NCBI GenBank assembly: GCA_951813565.1
Contig: OX638351.1
Coordinates: 1,696,001-1,760,000 of the forward strand
DNA: 64,000 bases
Direction of reading: 5' to 3'
From: an uncultured Poribacteria bacterium
GTDB lineage: Bacteria; Poribacteria; WGA-4E; WGA-3G
Shown here: positions 9,161 to 18,317 of the stretch, in pieces
How the letters are laid out: every line of letters starts with the position of its first letter
Numbering within the stretch: position 1 is the stretch's first letter
Program-made: the position numbers and the translations under genes
Notes under the pieces: generated by a model
The model's database searches: none
Seen by the model: only the letters and a program-made list of their open reading frames with translations
Told to the model about the DNA's origin: nothing

Positions 9161-10516
9161 ATGAATATAAAAAATAAAGCAACACAAATTAAGCTGTTTA
9201 GTCTAAAAACGGTTCAGATGCGTACCTTCCATACGACATGGTTCGCATTTTTTTTAGCGTTTTTCGGATGGTTCGGGATTGCACCACTCATGGCAATTGT
9301 GCGCGAAGATTTGATGCTAACGAAGGCACAGGTTGGTAACACAATAATTGCCTCTGTTGCAATTACGGTTTTGGTGCGAGTCTTGATCGGTCCGCTTTGT
9401 GACCGAATCGGGTCTCGGAAGGCGTATACGTGGCTGCTCATTCTCGGCTCAATACCGGTGATGGGTATCGGACTCGCACAGGATTACAAGACGTTCCTGC
9501 TATTCCGTTTAGCAATCGGTGCGATTGGAGCATCATTTGTCATCACGCAGTATCACACCTCAGTGATGTTCGCTCCGAATTGTATCGGCACAGCAAACGC
9601 CACGACTGCAGGTTGGGGAAATTTAGGCGGCGGGGTAACGCAGATGGTGATGCCACTTATCTTTACGGCTATCCTGAGTTTTGGCGTAAATGAATTTCTC
9701 GGATGGCGATTGGCTATGATTGTTCCAGGAATTGCCCTATTTATTATGGGATTCGTTTATTACTTCACTACCCAAGATGCGCCAGATGGCGACTATAAGG
9801 AACTTCGAGAGCGAGGTGACCTTGAACCTGCTAAAGGCAAAGGCATAGAATCCTTCATGCTTGCGATTAAGGATTATCGCGTATGGACACTGTTTTTTAT
9901 TTACGCTGCATGTTTCGGTGTAGAACTTACCATTAACAATGTTGCCGCACTTTACTATCACGACCACTTTCAGTTAGATGTCCAAACTGCAGGTCTCATC
10001 GCAGGTTTGTTCGGACTGATGAACATTTTTGCACGCACGGTTGGCGGTATTTTCTCCGATTTTTTTGCGAAAAACATGGGACTACGAGGGCGTGTCCTGT
10101 TCCTGTTTATTGTCCTATTAGGTGAAGGTATTATGCTAATGTTGTTCTCACAGATGGCAGTGCTGGTTATTGCCGTTGGAACAATGATTGTTTTCAGTCT
10201 TTTTGTGCAGATGTCTGAAGGGGCAACGTTTGGTATCGTGCCATTTATCAATAGGAAGGCATTGGGGGCAGTTGCCGGTATTGTTGGTGCGGGAGGAAAT
10301 GCGGGAGCAGTTGCTGCAGGTTTCCTTTTCCGGGCAGAAAGTATAACAACACAACAAGCATTACTCTTCCTCGGTGGAATGGCAATTGTCGCATCATTTG
10401 CTACGGTATTAGTGCGATTCTCGCCTGCAGTGCAAGACACAGAGAAAAAAGCATTTGATGCTGCGCTGGCTGAAAAACAACGTCTCAAAGCAGAAGCAGG
10501 GAATGTGCCAGCCTAA
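9161..10516 (+). CDS. narK: MFS nitrate/nitrite transporter (NarK/NRT2/NasA family)
   Basis: Nitrate signature motifs 'GTANATTAGWGNLGGG' and 'GIVGAGGNAG'; about 12 hydrophobic segments. Confidence 0.9.
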   Translation: MNIKNKATQIKLFSLKTVQMRTFHTTWFAFFLAFFGWFGIAPLMAIVREDLMLTKAQVGNTIIASVAITVLVRVLIGPLCDRIGSRKAYTWLLILGSIPVMGIGLAQDYKTFLLFRLAIGAIGASFVITQYHTSVMFAPNCIGTANATTAGWGNLGGGVTQMVMPLIFTAILSFGVNEFLGWRLAMIVPGIALFIMGFVYYFTTQDAPDGDYKELRERGDLEPAKGKGIESFMLAIKDYRVWTLFFIYAACFGVELTINNVAALYYHDHFQLDVQTAGLIAGLFGLMNIFARTVGGIFSDFFAKNMGLRGRVLFLFIVLLGEGIMLMLFSQMAVLVIAVGTMIVFSLFVQMSEGATFGIVPFINRKALGAVAGIVGAGGNAGAVAAGFLFRAESITTQQALLFLGGMAIVASFATVLVRFSPAVQDTEKKAFDAALAEKQRLKAEAGNVPA

Positions 10517-10601
10517 CCTAACAGCGTGTTGTAGACCAAATTTGTCTACAGAGGCAGTACAGGAACAAAAGCCTTTTACATTGTAATTTACTTTCTTAAC
10601 T

Positions 10602-12716
10602 ATGGAGAAATCAGTGAAAAGTTCAACAGGAAAAGCCGTATGCCCTTATTGTGGGGTCGGTTGTGTTATTCGCGCGACAGTTCAAAATAACAAAATCACC
10701 AAGATTTCAGCAGACGACGATGTAGCGCCAAATTACGGCATGCTTTGTCCAAAAGGTGCTCATCTCAAACAGGTGTTTCAAAATCACGATGGCAGGCTCG
10801 CATACCCGATGATTCGGGAACGCAAGGGTGAAGCACCGCGTCAAGTTTCGTGGGAACAAGCCATCGCTTTTACAGCGAACCGTCTTCAAGAGATTCGATT
10901 AGAACACGGCAAGGATGCACTTGCTCTCTACGGTTCTGGACAATTGGACACCGAAACCTCATACATTTTTAACAAGTTGTTCAAAGGGTTTCTGCGAACG
11001 AATAATATAGATACAAATAGCCGACTCTGTATGTCTTCTGCAGTAGTTGGCTATATGCAAGCGTTCGGTTCAGATGGACCGCCGACCTGCTATGATGACA
11101 TTCAGCAGGCGGATGTCTTTCTAATTATCGGTGCAAACATGGCATTCAATCACCCTGTCCTTTTCCAGATGATTCGGAAACGGCGGGCATCGGAACCCAA
11201 TGCCCGGATTATCGCAGTAGACCCTCGCCGCACCCAGACAGCAGAATTTTCCGATGTACATGTTCCGCTTGCCCCTGGAAGCGATGTTGCGTTCCTGCAA
11301 CTCATTGCAAAACGTCTGCTTGCAATGGGACGCGTTGATAGACGTTTTGTCCAAAAAAACAGTGAAAACTTTAGTGCATATAAAAATCATCTTGAAAGTC
11401 TTGACGAGGACGCTCTTCTCTCTATCTGCGATGTCCATCCTGGACGTATCGACGAAATTGTCGAATTTCTATCAAAACCGAGCAACCGTTTACTCAGTTT
11501 TTACTGCCAAGGCACAAATCAAAGCACCAGTGGGGTTGATAAAAATGCCGCGCTTATCAACCTACATCTTCAATTAGGTGAGGTTGGCATAAGAGGAGCA
11601 GGACCCTTTTCATTAACAGGACAACCGAATGCTATGGGTGGTAGAGAGGTTGGGTATCTGTCGCACCAATTGCCCGGCTATCGTGTTGTAACAAATGATA
11701 TGCACCGTGCTTATCTTGAAGGGGCGTGGCGAATTCCGCCCGGCAGCATTGACCCGGAACCGGGATTAACGGCTGTGCCTATGTTTGAAGCTGCCGCTGC
11801 GGGGGATGTTCGCGCACTCTGGATCGTCTGTACAAATCCAGCTGTGAGCATGCCTGATACCAAGGTATCTCAAGCAGGACTCAAACGTGCCGACTTTGTG
11901 ATCGTGCAGGATTGTTATTATCCGACAGAAACAGCGGAATATGCTGATGTGCTGCTTCCCGCTGCGCAGTGGGGTGAAAAGCGCGGGACAATGACAAACA
12001 GTGAACGCCTCGTCGTTCGAAGCGATAAATTCCTGGATCCACCTGGAGAAGCAAAACCGGATTGGTGGATATTCTCACAAATCGCAAAGGTGATGGGGTT
12101 CAAACGTGACTTTGATTTCCACAACCACAAGGAGATATGGGACGAATATCGTCTGTTGACCGCAGGAACACCGTGCGACCAGATGGGAATGACGAATGAA
12201 CGTCTTGAGAAAACGTCACTGCGATGGCCCTGTCCTAACCCGCGGCATCCTGGAACACTTCGCCGTTATACGCGTAGGAAGTTTTTCACGCCATCAGGAA
12301 AAGCGCAATTTAAAACGCCTGTCTATCAACCGCCCGATGAGAACACTGATGCGGAATTCCCACTCGGCTTGACAACGGGTCGCGTTGCGAGTCAATGGCA
12401 TACACGTACCCGTACTGGGAAAGTGCCACAACTTACGAAAAAAGACCCTGAGCCTTTCGTTGAAATTCATCCTGAAGATGCGGCAGAAAACGAGGTAGAA
12501 GATGGAGAATGGATATATCTTGTTGGGAGACGGGGCAGGTGCTATGCGCGTGCACGCGTTACAGATACTATTCGGCGCGGATTGTTGTTCACACCGTTCC
12601 ATTGGGGCGATCTTTTCCACGCCGAATCCAATGCGAATTATGTAACGAATTCAGCGTTTGATCCGGTGTCTAAACAACCGGAGTTGAAATTCTGTGCTGT
12701 GCGGATTGAGTTATAG
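10602..12716 (+). CDS. narB: Assimilatory nitrate reductase catalytic subunit (Mo-bisPGD, NarB/NasA-like)
   Basis: 'CPYCGVGC...LCPKG' 4Fe-4S motif, 'DTNSRLCMSSA', 'SLTGQPNAMGGREVG', 'DPVSKQPELKFCAV'. Confidence 0.9.
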   Translation: MEKSVKSSTGKAVCPYCGVGCVIRATVQNNKITKISADDDVAPNYGMLCPKGAHLKQVFQNHDGRLAYPMIRERKGEAPRQVSWEQAIAFTANRLQEIRLEHGKDALALYGSGQLDTETSYIFNKLFKGFLRTNNIDTNSRLCMSSAVVGYMQAFGSDGPPTCYDDIQQADVFLIIGANMAFNHPVLFQMIRKRRASEPNARIIAVDPRRTQTAEFSDVHVPLAPGSDVAFLQLIAKRLLAMGRVDRRFVQKNSENFSAYKNHLESLDEDALLSICDVHPGRIDEIVEFLSKPSNRLLSFYCQGTNQSTSGVDKNAALINLHLQLGEVGIRGAGPFSLTGQPNAMGGREVGYLSHQLPGYRVVTNDMHRAYLEGAWRIPPGSIDPEPGLTAVPMFEAAAAGDVRALWIVCTNPAVSMPDTKVSQAGLKRADFVIVQDCYYPTETAEYADVLLPAAQWGEKRGTMTNSERLVVRSDKFLDPPGEAKPDWWIFSQIAKVMGFKRDFDFHNHKEIWDEYRLLTAGTPCDQMGMTNERLEKTSLRWPCPNPRHPGTLRRYTRRKFFTPSGKAQFKTPVYQPPDENTDAEFPLGLTTGRVASQWHTRTRTGKVPQLTKKDPEPFVEIHPEDAAENEVEDGEWIYLVGRRGRCYARARVTDTIRRGLLFTPFHWGDLFHAESNANYVTNSAFDPVSKQPELKFCAVRIEL

Positions 12717-12734
12717 AATGTTATGAAAAATATG

Positions 12735-13064
12735 TTAATCTGCCGAAACAACTTTCTCTAAGACCTCTTGAAGGTAAACATCTATCTCTAACTGTCTACG
12801 CGCGGCGTTCATGGCTATCCGACCGTACAACTCAGGACTTGTTTGGATCGTCAGTTCTCCTGAAAAAGGTTTGTCCGGGATTTTTCCTTGTTCCTCACAA
12901 ACTTCAAAGTAAACCTCAAGCGACTTCCGCATCTCTTCCCGCATTTGGTTTACTGATGCACCGTAGAATGTGATTACGTCATGTGTATTTATAACTGTTC
13001 CGTGAAATAGGTCTATTTCCGGATCAAAATCAATGACTCCAATATAACCTTTATATTCAATCAT
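12735..13064 (-). CDS. hicB: HicB-family antitoxin (no adjacent hicA)
   Basis: 'EYKGYIG...FHGTVIN..DVITFYG...YFEVCEEQGKIPDKPFSG'. Confidence 0.8.
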   Translation of the reverse strand: MIEYKGYIGVIDFDPEIDLFHGTVINTHDVITFYGASVNQMREEMRKSLEVYFEVCEEQGKIPDKPFSGELTIQTSPELYGRIAMNAARRQLEIDVYLQEVLEKVVSAD

Positions 13065-13070
13065 TCATTG

Positions 13071-14018
13071 CTAAAACCCAAGTTGTTTATCCACAACATT
13101 CTTCAATTCTTCACCCTTCAGATACCGCTCAAGGTTGTCTAAGAAAAACTCGGTAATACGCCGCATGCGGTGCTGCGAACCTCCTGCAGCGTGTGGCGTA
13201 ATAATAACGTTATCCATATCCCATAAAGGACTCGCTTTATCCAGTGGCTCAACCTCTGTCACATCCAACCCAGCACCAGCGATTTCACCGGCTTCCAATA
13301 TTTCAATAAGGTCTGCCTCGTTAACAATCGGACCGCGCGCAACATTGATGAGATATGCAGTCGGTTGCATCACAGACAGGTTTTCAGCATTTATCAGTCC
13401 ACGTGTTTCCTCAGTCAATGGACAGGCAATCATCACAACATCCACGCGACTCATCATGTCTGCAAGTTTATCCATCGGCATCAGTTCGTCTACGTTATCC
13501 GGTTTTTCGGTGCGGTAAGCATCGACTGCGATAACGTGCATATCAAAGCCTTTCGCGCGTTTCACCATCTGCATGCCGATACCACCTAACCCGACGATAC
13601 CAATTTTGAATCCATCAATCTCAATCATCGGAGATTTACTGCCACCCCACTGATGATTATCTTGGTTACGTGTGAAATGGTGGATACCACGTGTTATACC
13701 GAGCAGGAGCGCAAACGCTTGGTCAGCGACATGCGTGCCGTAAAGTCCTGCAGCATTTGTCAAAATCACATCGCTTTCGCGTATCGCAGAATACATGTGT
13801 TTGTCCATACCTGCGCTCGATGCCTGAATCCACTTGATATTGGGTAGGAGTGGAAAAATATCCTCACTACAAAAACCGAAGAAAATATCGGTATCTTTGC
13901 CTTCTTCTGCAATTTCCTCGCGCGAACTCGGAGCAACATAGGTATGTTCATCACCAATAATGTCTTCTAACCGCTTTAACTGTTCACCTTCAACTCGATG
14001 TTGTAATAAAATCTTCAT
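13071..14018 (-). CDS. D-2-hydroxyacid dehydrogenase (NAD-binding)
   Basis: 'GIVGLGGIG', 'INVARG', 'GAGLDV', 'EPL', 'ITPHAAG'. Confidence 0.9.
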   Translation of the reverse strand: MKILLQHRVEGEQLKRLEDIIGDEHTYVAPSSREEIAEEGKDTDIFFGFCSEDIFPLLPNIKWIQASSAGMDKHMYSAIRESDVILTNAAGLYGTHVADQAFALLLGITRGIHHFTRNQDNHQWGGSKSPMIEIDGFKIGIVGLGGIGMQMVKRAKGFDMHVIAVDAYRTEKPDNVDELMPMDKLADMMSRVDVVMIACPLTEETRGLINAENLSVMQPTAYLINVARGPIVNEADLIEILEAGEIAGAGLDVTEVEPLDKASPLWDMDNVIITPHAAGGSQHRMRRITEFFLDNLERYLKGEELKNVVDKQLGF

Positions 14019-14053
14019 ATATATTCCTTTCGTAAATCAGTTTCGCTTTCGTC

Positions 14054-14947
14054 CTACCACGGAGGTGTTTCCGGTAGCAATTCTTGGAATTTGCTAAGCA
14101 ACCTGTCTTCATATTCACCAGCATATTGCCCGTTGAAGAATCTATCAATGCCTTCGTCAAGGAAGTGTGCCCAAGATGTGTCTTCTGCACCGGGATTGAC
14201 AGGAAAAAACAACGCGTCTACACTACGACCCGCCTTTAAGTCACCAGGTGAATCCCCAATCATCAAGACATGGTTTTTGGGATATTTGTCTTTTGTTGTG
14301 ATGGTAAGATGTTCCGTTTTCGTTCCCATTTCCTGTCCAGCAATTAAGGCAACGTATTGGTCGATATCATGCTCATCCCATTCCCGTTTGAGTGCTTCGT
14401 CTGGCGTAGCAGAAACAACAATGACATCTGCCTTTCCTTGGAGTCGTTGCAATGCTTCACGTACACCGGGAAACGGCGGAAGGTTATAGACAATCTCCGC
14501 AACACTTTCATTAACACCAAGACTCCATTGCATCACATGACTCAATTCATCATGTCTTTCGCCAGTTGCGTTATCTATTGCTTCCTGAAGTGCGGGATTT
14601 CCGAGTTTTGTTTCAGTTTCAGTCCATTTTCGCAAGTGTGGTAGTTCTGGAACTTCTAAGCCCATCTTCTGCACAAGGGACATTTCACGTAGATAATCAA
14701 ACACGAGCAGGACTGCTTTAAACCGATTCGTGCCGCGCATCGTGGAATAGAGATTGACAAAATCCCACGCCTGATGCACCTGTCGTGAAATGGATGCCAA
14801 TCCAAAATGTTTGACGACGTTTACACTGAAGCAGTCGTTGTGTTTGACCTCCATGCTGTTGAAAACGCAACCGTCCGAATCAATTCCGACAAAAAAATCG
14901 TGTTGCGGTTTAAAATCGTATAATGCTTTTTGTGGTTCTTGAGCCAT
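14054..14947 (-). CDS. HAD-superfamily hydrolase
   Basis: 'IDSDGCV', 'VVSAT', 'MIGDSPGD'. Confidence 0.85.
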   Translation of the reverse strand: MAQEPQKALYDFKPQHDFFVGIDSDGCVFNSMEVKHNDCFSVNVVKHFGLASISRQVHQAWDFVNLYSTMRGTNRFKAVLLVFDYLREMSLVQKMGLEVPELPHLRKWTETETKLGNPALQEAIDNATGERHDELSHVMQWSLGVNESVAEIVYNLPPFPGVREALQRLQGKADVIVVSATPDEALKREWDEHDIDQYVALIAGQEMGTKTEHLTITTKDKYPKNHVLMIGDSPGDLKAGRSVDALFFPVNPGAEDTSWAHFLDEGIDRFFNGQYAGEYEDRLLSKFQELLPETPPW

Positions 14948-15004
14948 GAATTCTCCTTTAAAAGAATACCTTGGGCTACGGCACAGCGGAGTGTGCCTGC
15001 TACC

Positions 15005-16483
15005 TTATTCAATAATAACTTCTGGGCGGTTCTTTAACATCCATTCGGTGTGGAACACCGTGGGTTCTCCGTCTTTTCCGACCACCGTGTTGCCATCAGC
15101 ATCCAATTTATGATAGGTATGTGCACCGAAGTAATCGCGCATCGCTTGGATAAGATTTGCAGAGAGTCTGCTACTGCGATAACTATCAAAATAGGCTAAC
15201 GCTGAACTGAATGCTGGAATGGGAACTCCGAGTTGTGTGGCAGTGCTAATGACATTCCGCCAGTGAGGTTGTGCCGCTTCTATGACACCGCGAAAATAGG
15301 AGTCAAGTAACAGATTCGGCAAATCAGGATTGCGCTCAAACGCTTCTGCAATTCTATGCAGGAATTTTGCCCGAATGATACAGCCTCCGCGCCAACCTAA
15401 GGCGATTTTACCGAGATCCAGACCCCAATCATTTTCTACACTTGCTTCGCGCATCAGTGCGAATCCTTGGGCATAAGAGCAGATTTTGGCAGCATAAAGC
15501 GCATCGTGGATAGCTTGCAAAGCTGCTTCTCGGTTTCCGTCGAAAGTGTCAACCGGTCCTTTAATTACTTCAGATGCATCAACACGTTCGTTTTTAATTG
15601 CAGAGATACAGCGTGCAAAAACCGCCTCAGCAATCGTAGGGGCAGATATGCCAAGATCAAGTGCCGAAATGCTTGTCCATTTGCCAGTGCCTTTTTGTCC
15701 CGCTTTGTCCAGCACGACATCAACAAATGGAGTTCCATTTGCGTCGCGTTGTGTGAAGATGTCAGCGGTTATTTCGATGAGATAGGAGTTTAGTTCGCCT
15801 TGATTCCATTCGTTAAAAACTTCGTGCATTTCGTCAGCGTTCATTCCCAAGACGCTTTTCATCAAGGAGTAAGCCTCGCAAATCAGCTGCATATCACCAT
15901 ATTCAATGCCGTTATGCACCATTTTGACGTAATGTCCAGCACCGTTGGGTCCGATATATGAACAACAAGGGGTGCCTTCAACTTGTGCTGCAATCTTGGT
16001 AAAAATCGGTTCAACGAGCGTATATGCTTTAGCCGAACCACCCGGCATCATCGCAGGTCCCTTCAATGCCCCCTCTTCACCGCCAGAGATTCCTGTTCCA
16101 ATAAATAGAATACCTTGTTCAGTCAACGTTTCGTGTCGGCGCATAGTGTCATTAAAATTGGAGTTTCCGCCATCAATGATCAGATCGCCTTTTGAGAGAT
16201 GTGGAACGAGTAACTCAATAAATGCATCAACAGGTTCCCCTGCTTTCACCATCAATATTATTTTTCGAGGAGTGTCTAATTTATCAATAAATTCTGTAAT
16301 AGAGTGTGCGCCGGTGACATTTTTTCCTTTTGCTGCACCTGCAATGAAATCATCAACGCGAGAAACGGTTCGGTTAAAAACCGCTACCTCAAAGCCTTTG
16401 CTTTCCATATTCAGTGCAAGGTTTTCACCCATCACGGCTAATCCGATGAGTCCTATATCTGCTGCCAAATTTGTTTCCTCCAA
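15005..16483 (-). CDS. gnd: 6-phosphogluconate dehydrogenase, NADP-dependent, decarboxylating
   Basis: 'GLIGLAVMGENL', 'IIDGGNS', 'GHYVKMVHNGIEYGDMQ', 'QKGTGKW', 'RDYFGAHTY'. Confidence 0.96.
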   Translation of the reverse strand: MEETNLAADIGLIGLAVMGENLALNMESKGFEVAVFNRTVSRVDDFIAGAAKGKNVTGAHSITEFIDKLDTPRKIILMVKAGEPVDAFIELLVPHLSKGDLIIDGGNSNFNDTMRRHETLTEQGILFIGTGISGGEEGALKGPAMMPGGSAKAYTLVEPIFTKIAAQVEGTPCCSYIGPNGAGHYVKMVHNGIEYGDMQLICEAYSLMKSVLGMNADEMHEVFNEWNQGELNSYLIEITADIFTQRDANGTPFVDVVLDKAGQKGTGKWTSISALDLGISAPTIAEAVFARCISAIKNERVDASEVIKGPVDTFDGNREAALQAIHDALYAAKICSYAQGFALMREASVENDWGLDLGKIALGWRGGCIIRAKFLHRIAEAFERNPDLPNLLLDSYFRGVIEAAQPHWRNVISTATQLGVPIPAFSSALAYFDSYRSSRLSANLIQAMRDYFGAHTYHKLDADGNTVVGKDGEPTVFHTEWMLKNRPEVIIE

Positions 16484-16773
16484 TGGTAGTGTATGTTTTG
16501 CATATCATACACTGCAAGAGGTAATAATGTCAACAGCAAATAATAGGAAAGGATTAGCTTTAAATTTATAAAATGGATCTGTTTTTTTGGGAAGTCTGGT
16601 GGTTTGTGTGTCGTCTGAACCAAGATTCACAGAATTATAGGATTTTTAGGATTGGGTTTCTGCAGTGGACAAGGATCGCGTAGAATTGATATTGGCAATG
16701 GTGTTACGTACATTATGGTATAATCCTTGTTGAAATCATGATGAGAAATAATTCTGTGAATCTTGGTAGATAA

Positions 16774-18267
16774 TTAACTCATAACTTGCCAAATCGGTTC
16801 CGCACCCTCAACACCGACGAGTTTTTGATCTAATCCGCTATGGAAGTAGGTGAGTTGATTAGGATCGATTCCAAGTTGATGGAGGATTGTTGCGTGCAGA
16901 TGTCTGACATGAAACGGGTCTTTGGCAGCCGCACTACCGAGTTCATCCGTTTCGCCAACACTGATACCGCCTTTGATACCGCCACCCGCCATCCACATCG
17001 TGAAGCCATACGAGTTGTGGTCACGACCTGTGCCTTTGGCATATTCTGCTGTCGGTTGACGACCAAATTCACCACCCCAGACGACGATAGTTTCATCAAG
17101 TAACCCGCGTTGTTTTAGGTCTTTAAGGAGTCCAGCAATCGGTTTATCAGTTGCCTTGGCGTGCTTGTTGTGATTTCTCTCAATATCACCGTGTGCGTCC
17201 CAATTGGCATCGTTATGGGCACCGCCAGAGTAGAGTTGAATGAAGCGCACACCACGTTCAACTAATCGCCTTGCCAAAAGGCATTTTGTGCCGTACTCCT
17301 CCGTTTCCTTCTCATTGATGCCGTAAAGTTCCTTGATGTGTTCTGGCTCACTGTTCAAGTCAACCGCTTCGGGTGCTGCGGATTGCATTTTGTATGCTAA
17401 TTCATAACTTGATATCCGTGCTGCGAGATCGGTGTTATCAGCATGTTTTGATAGATGTGTTGCATTATATTTATGTAAATAGTCGAGTAATCTACGTTGT
17501 TGGCTGTCGGACATTCCCTGTGCACGTTTTAAATTGAGAATAGGTGTGCCATCCGAACGAAAGACGGTTCCTTGAAATACGGCAGGCATATAGCCACTAC
17601 TCCAGTTTTTAGCCCCACTAATTGGTCCACCTATCCTGTCAAGCATCACAACGTATCCTGGCAGGTTCTCGTTCACACTCCCAAGTCCATAATTCACCCA
17701 AGACCCAAGTGATGGGTGACCGCTGATGATACGACCTGCGTTCATCATCAACATCGCTGATCCGTGTAACGGTGAATCTGCAGTCATTGATTTAATAAAT
17801 GCAATATCATCAACGCATGTGGCAAGATGTGGAAATAGTCCTGAAACCCATTGTCCTGATTCTCCGTACTGTTTGAATTCCCATTTTGGTCCGACAATTC
17901 GTCCTTGATTTCTTTCACCACCACGTCCTTTTGTTTTCACTTGGACAGTCTTATCGTTTAACTTAATTAACGACGGTTTGTAGTCAAAAGTATCTACATG
18001 GCTTGGACCACCATACATGAATAGGAATATAACATGTTTTGCCTTGGGTGTGAAGTGTGGTTGTTTTGGAGCAAGAGGATTAGTGTAGGGTGATACCCCA
18101 TCTGCTGCGAATGCCTGTGAGTCCAGAAATCCATCTGAAGTGAGTAATCCAGTTAGAGCTAATGACGCAAAACCACCTGCAATGTTCCCAATAAATTCTC
18201 TACGTGTTTGACCACAGAAAGAACCATTTGAATTTGTATCTCTACTTGTCTTTGAACGACTGTTCAT
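16774..18267 (-). CDS. DUF1501 family protein with Tat-like signal
   Basis: 'TRREF' twin-arginine motif, 'FLFMYGGPSHVDTFDYKP', 'CLLARRLVERGVRF', 'WGGEFGR', 'GRDHN'. Confidence 0.88.
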   Translation of the reverse strand: MNSRSKTSRDTNSNGSFCGQTRREFIGNIAGGFASLALTGLLTSDGFLDSQAFAADGVSPYTNPLAPKQPHFTPKAKHVIFLFMYGGPSHVDTFDYKPSLIKLNDKTVQVKTKGRGGERNQGRIVGPKWEFKQYGESGQWVSGLFPHLATCVDDIAFIKSMTADSPLHGSAMLMMNAGRIISGHPSLGSWVNYGLGSVNENLPGYVVMLDRIGGPISGAKNWSSGYMPAVFQGTVFRSDGTPILNLKRAQGMSDSQQRRLLDYLHKYNATHLSKHADNTDLAARISSYELAYKMQSAAPEAVDLNSEPEHIKELYGINEKETEEYGTKCLLARRLVERGVRFIQLYSGGAHNDANWDAHGDIERNHNKHAKATDKPIAGLLKDLKQRGLLDETIVVWGGEFGRQPTAEYAKGTGRDHNSYGFTMWMAGGGIKGGISVGETDELGSAAAKDPFHVRHLHATILHQLGIDPNQLTYFHSGLDQKLVGVEGAEPIWQVMS

Positions 18268-18317
18268 TAGGTATCTCCATTCTTAGAGTTACTGTTATGC
18301 AAATTCGTATATACGGC

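Noticed and set aside
9970..10488. 172-aa antisense ORF
   Set aside because: Shadow of the nitrate transporter gene, with no recognisable motifs
15945..16571. 208-aa antisense ORF
   Set aside because: Shadow of gnd
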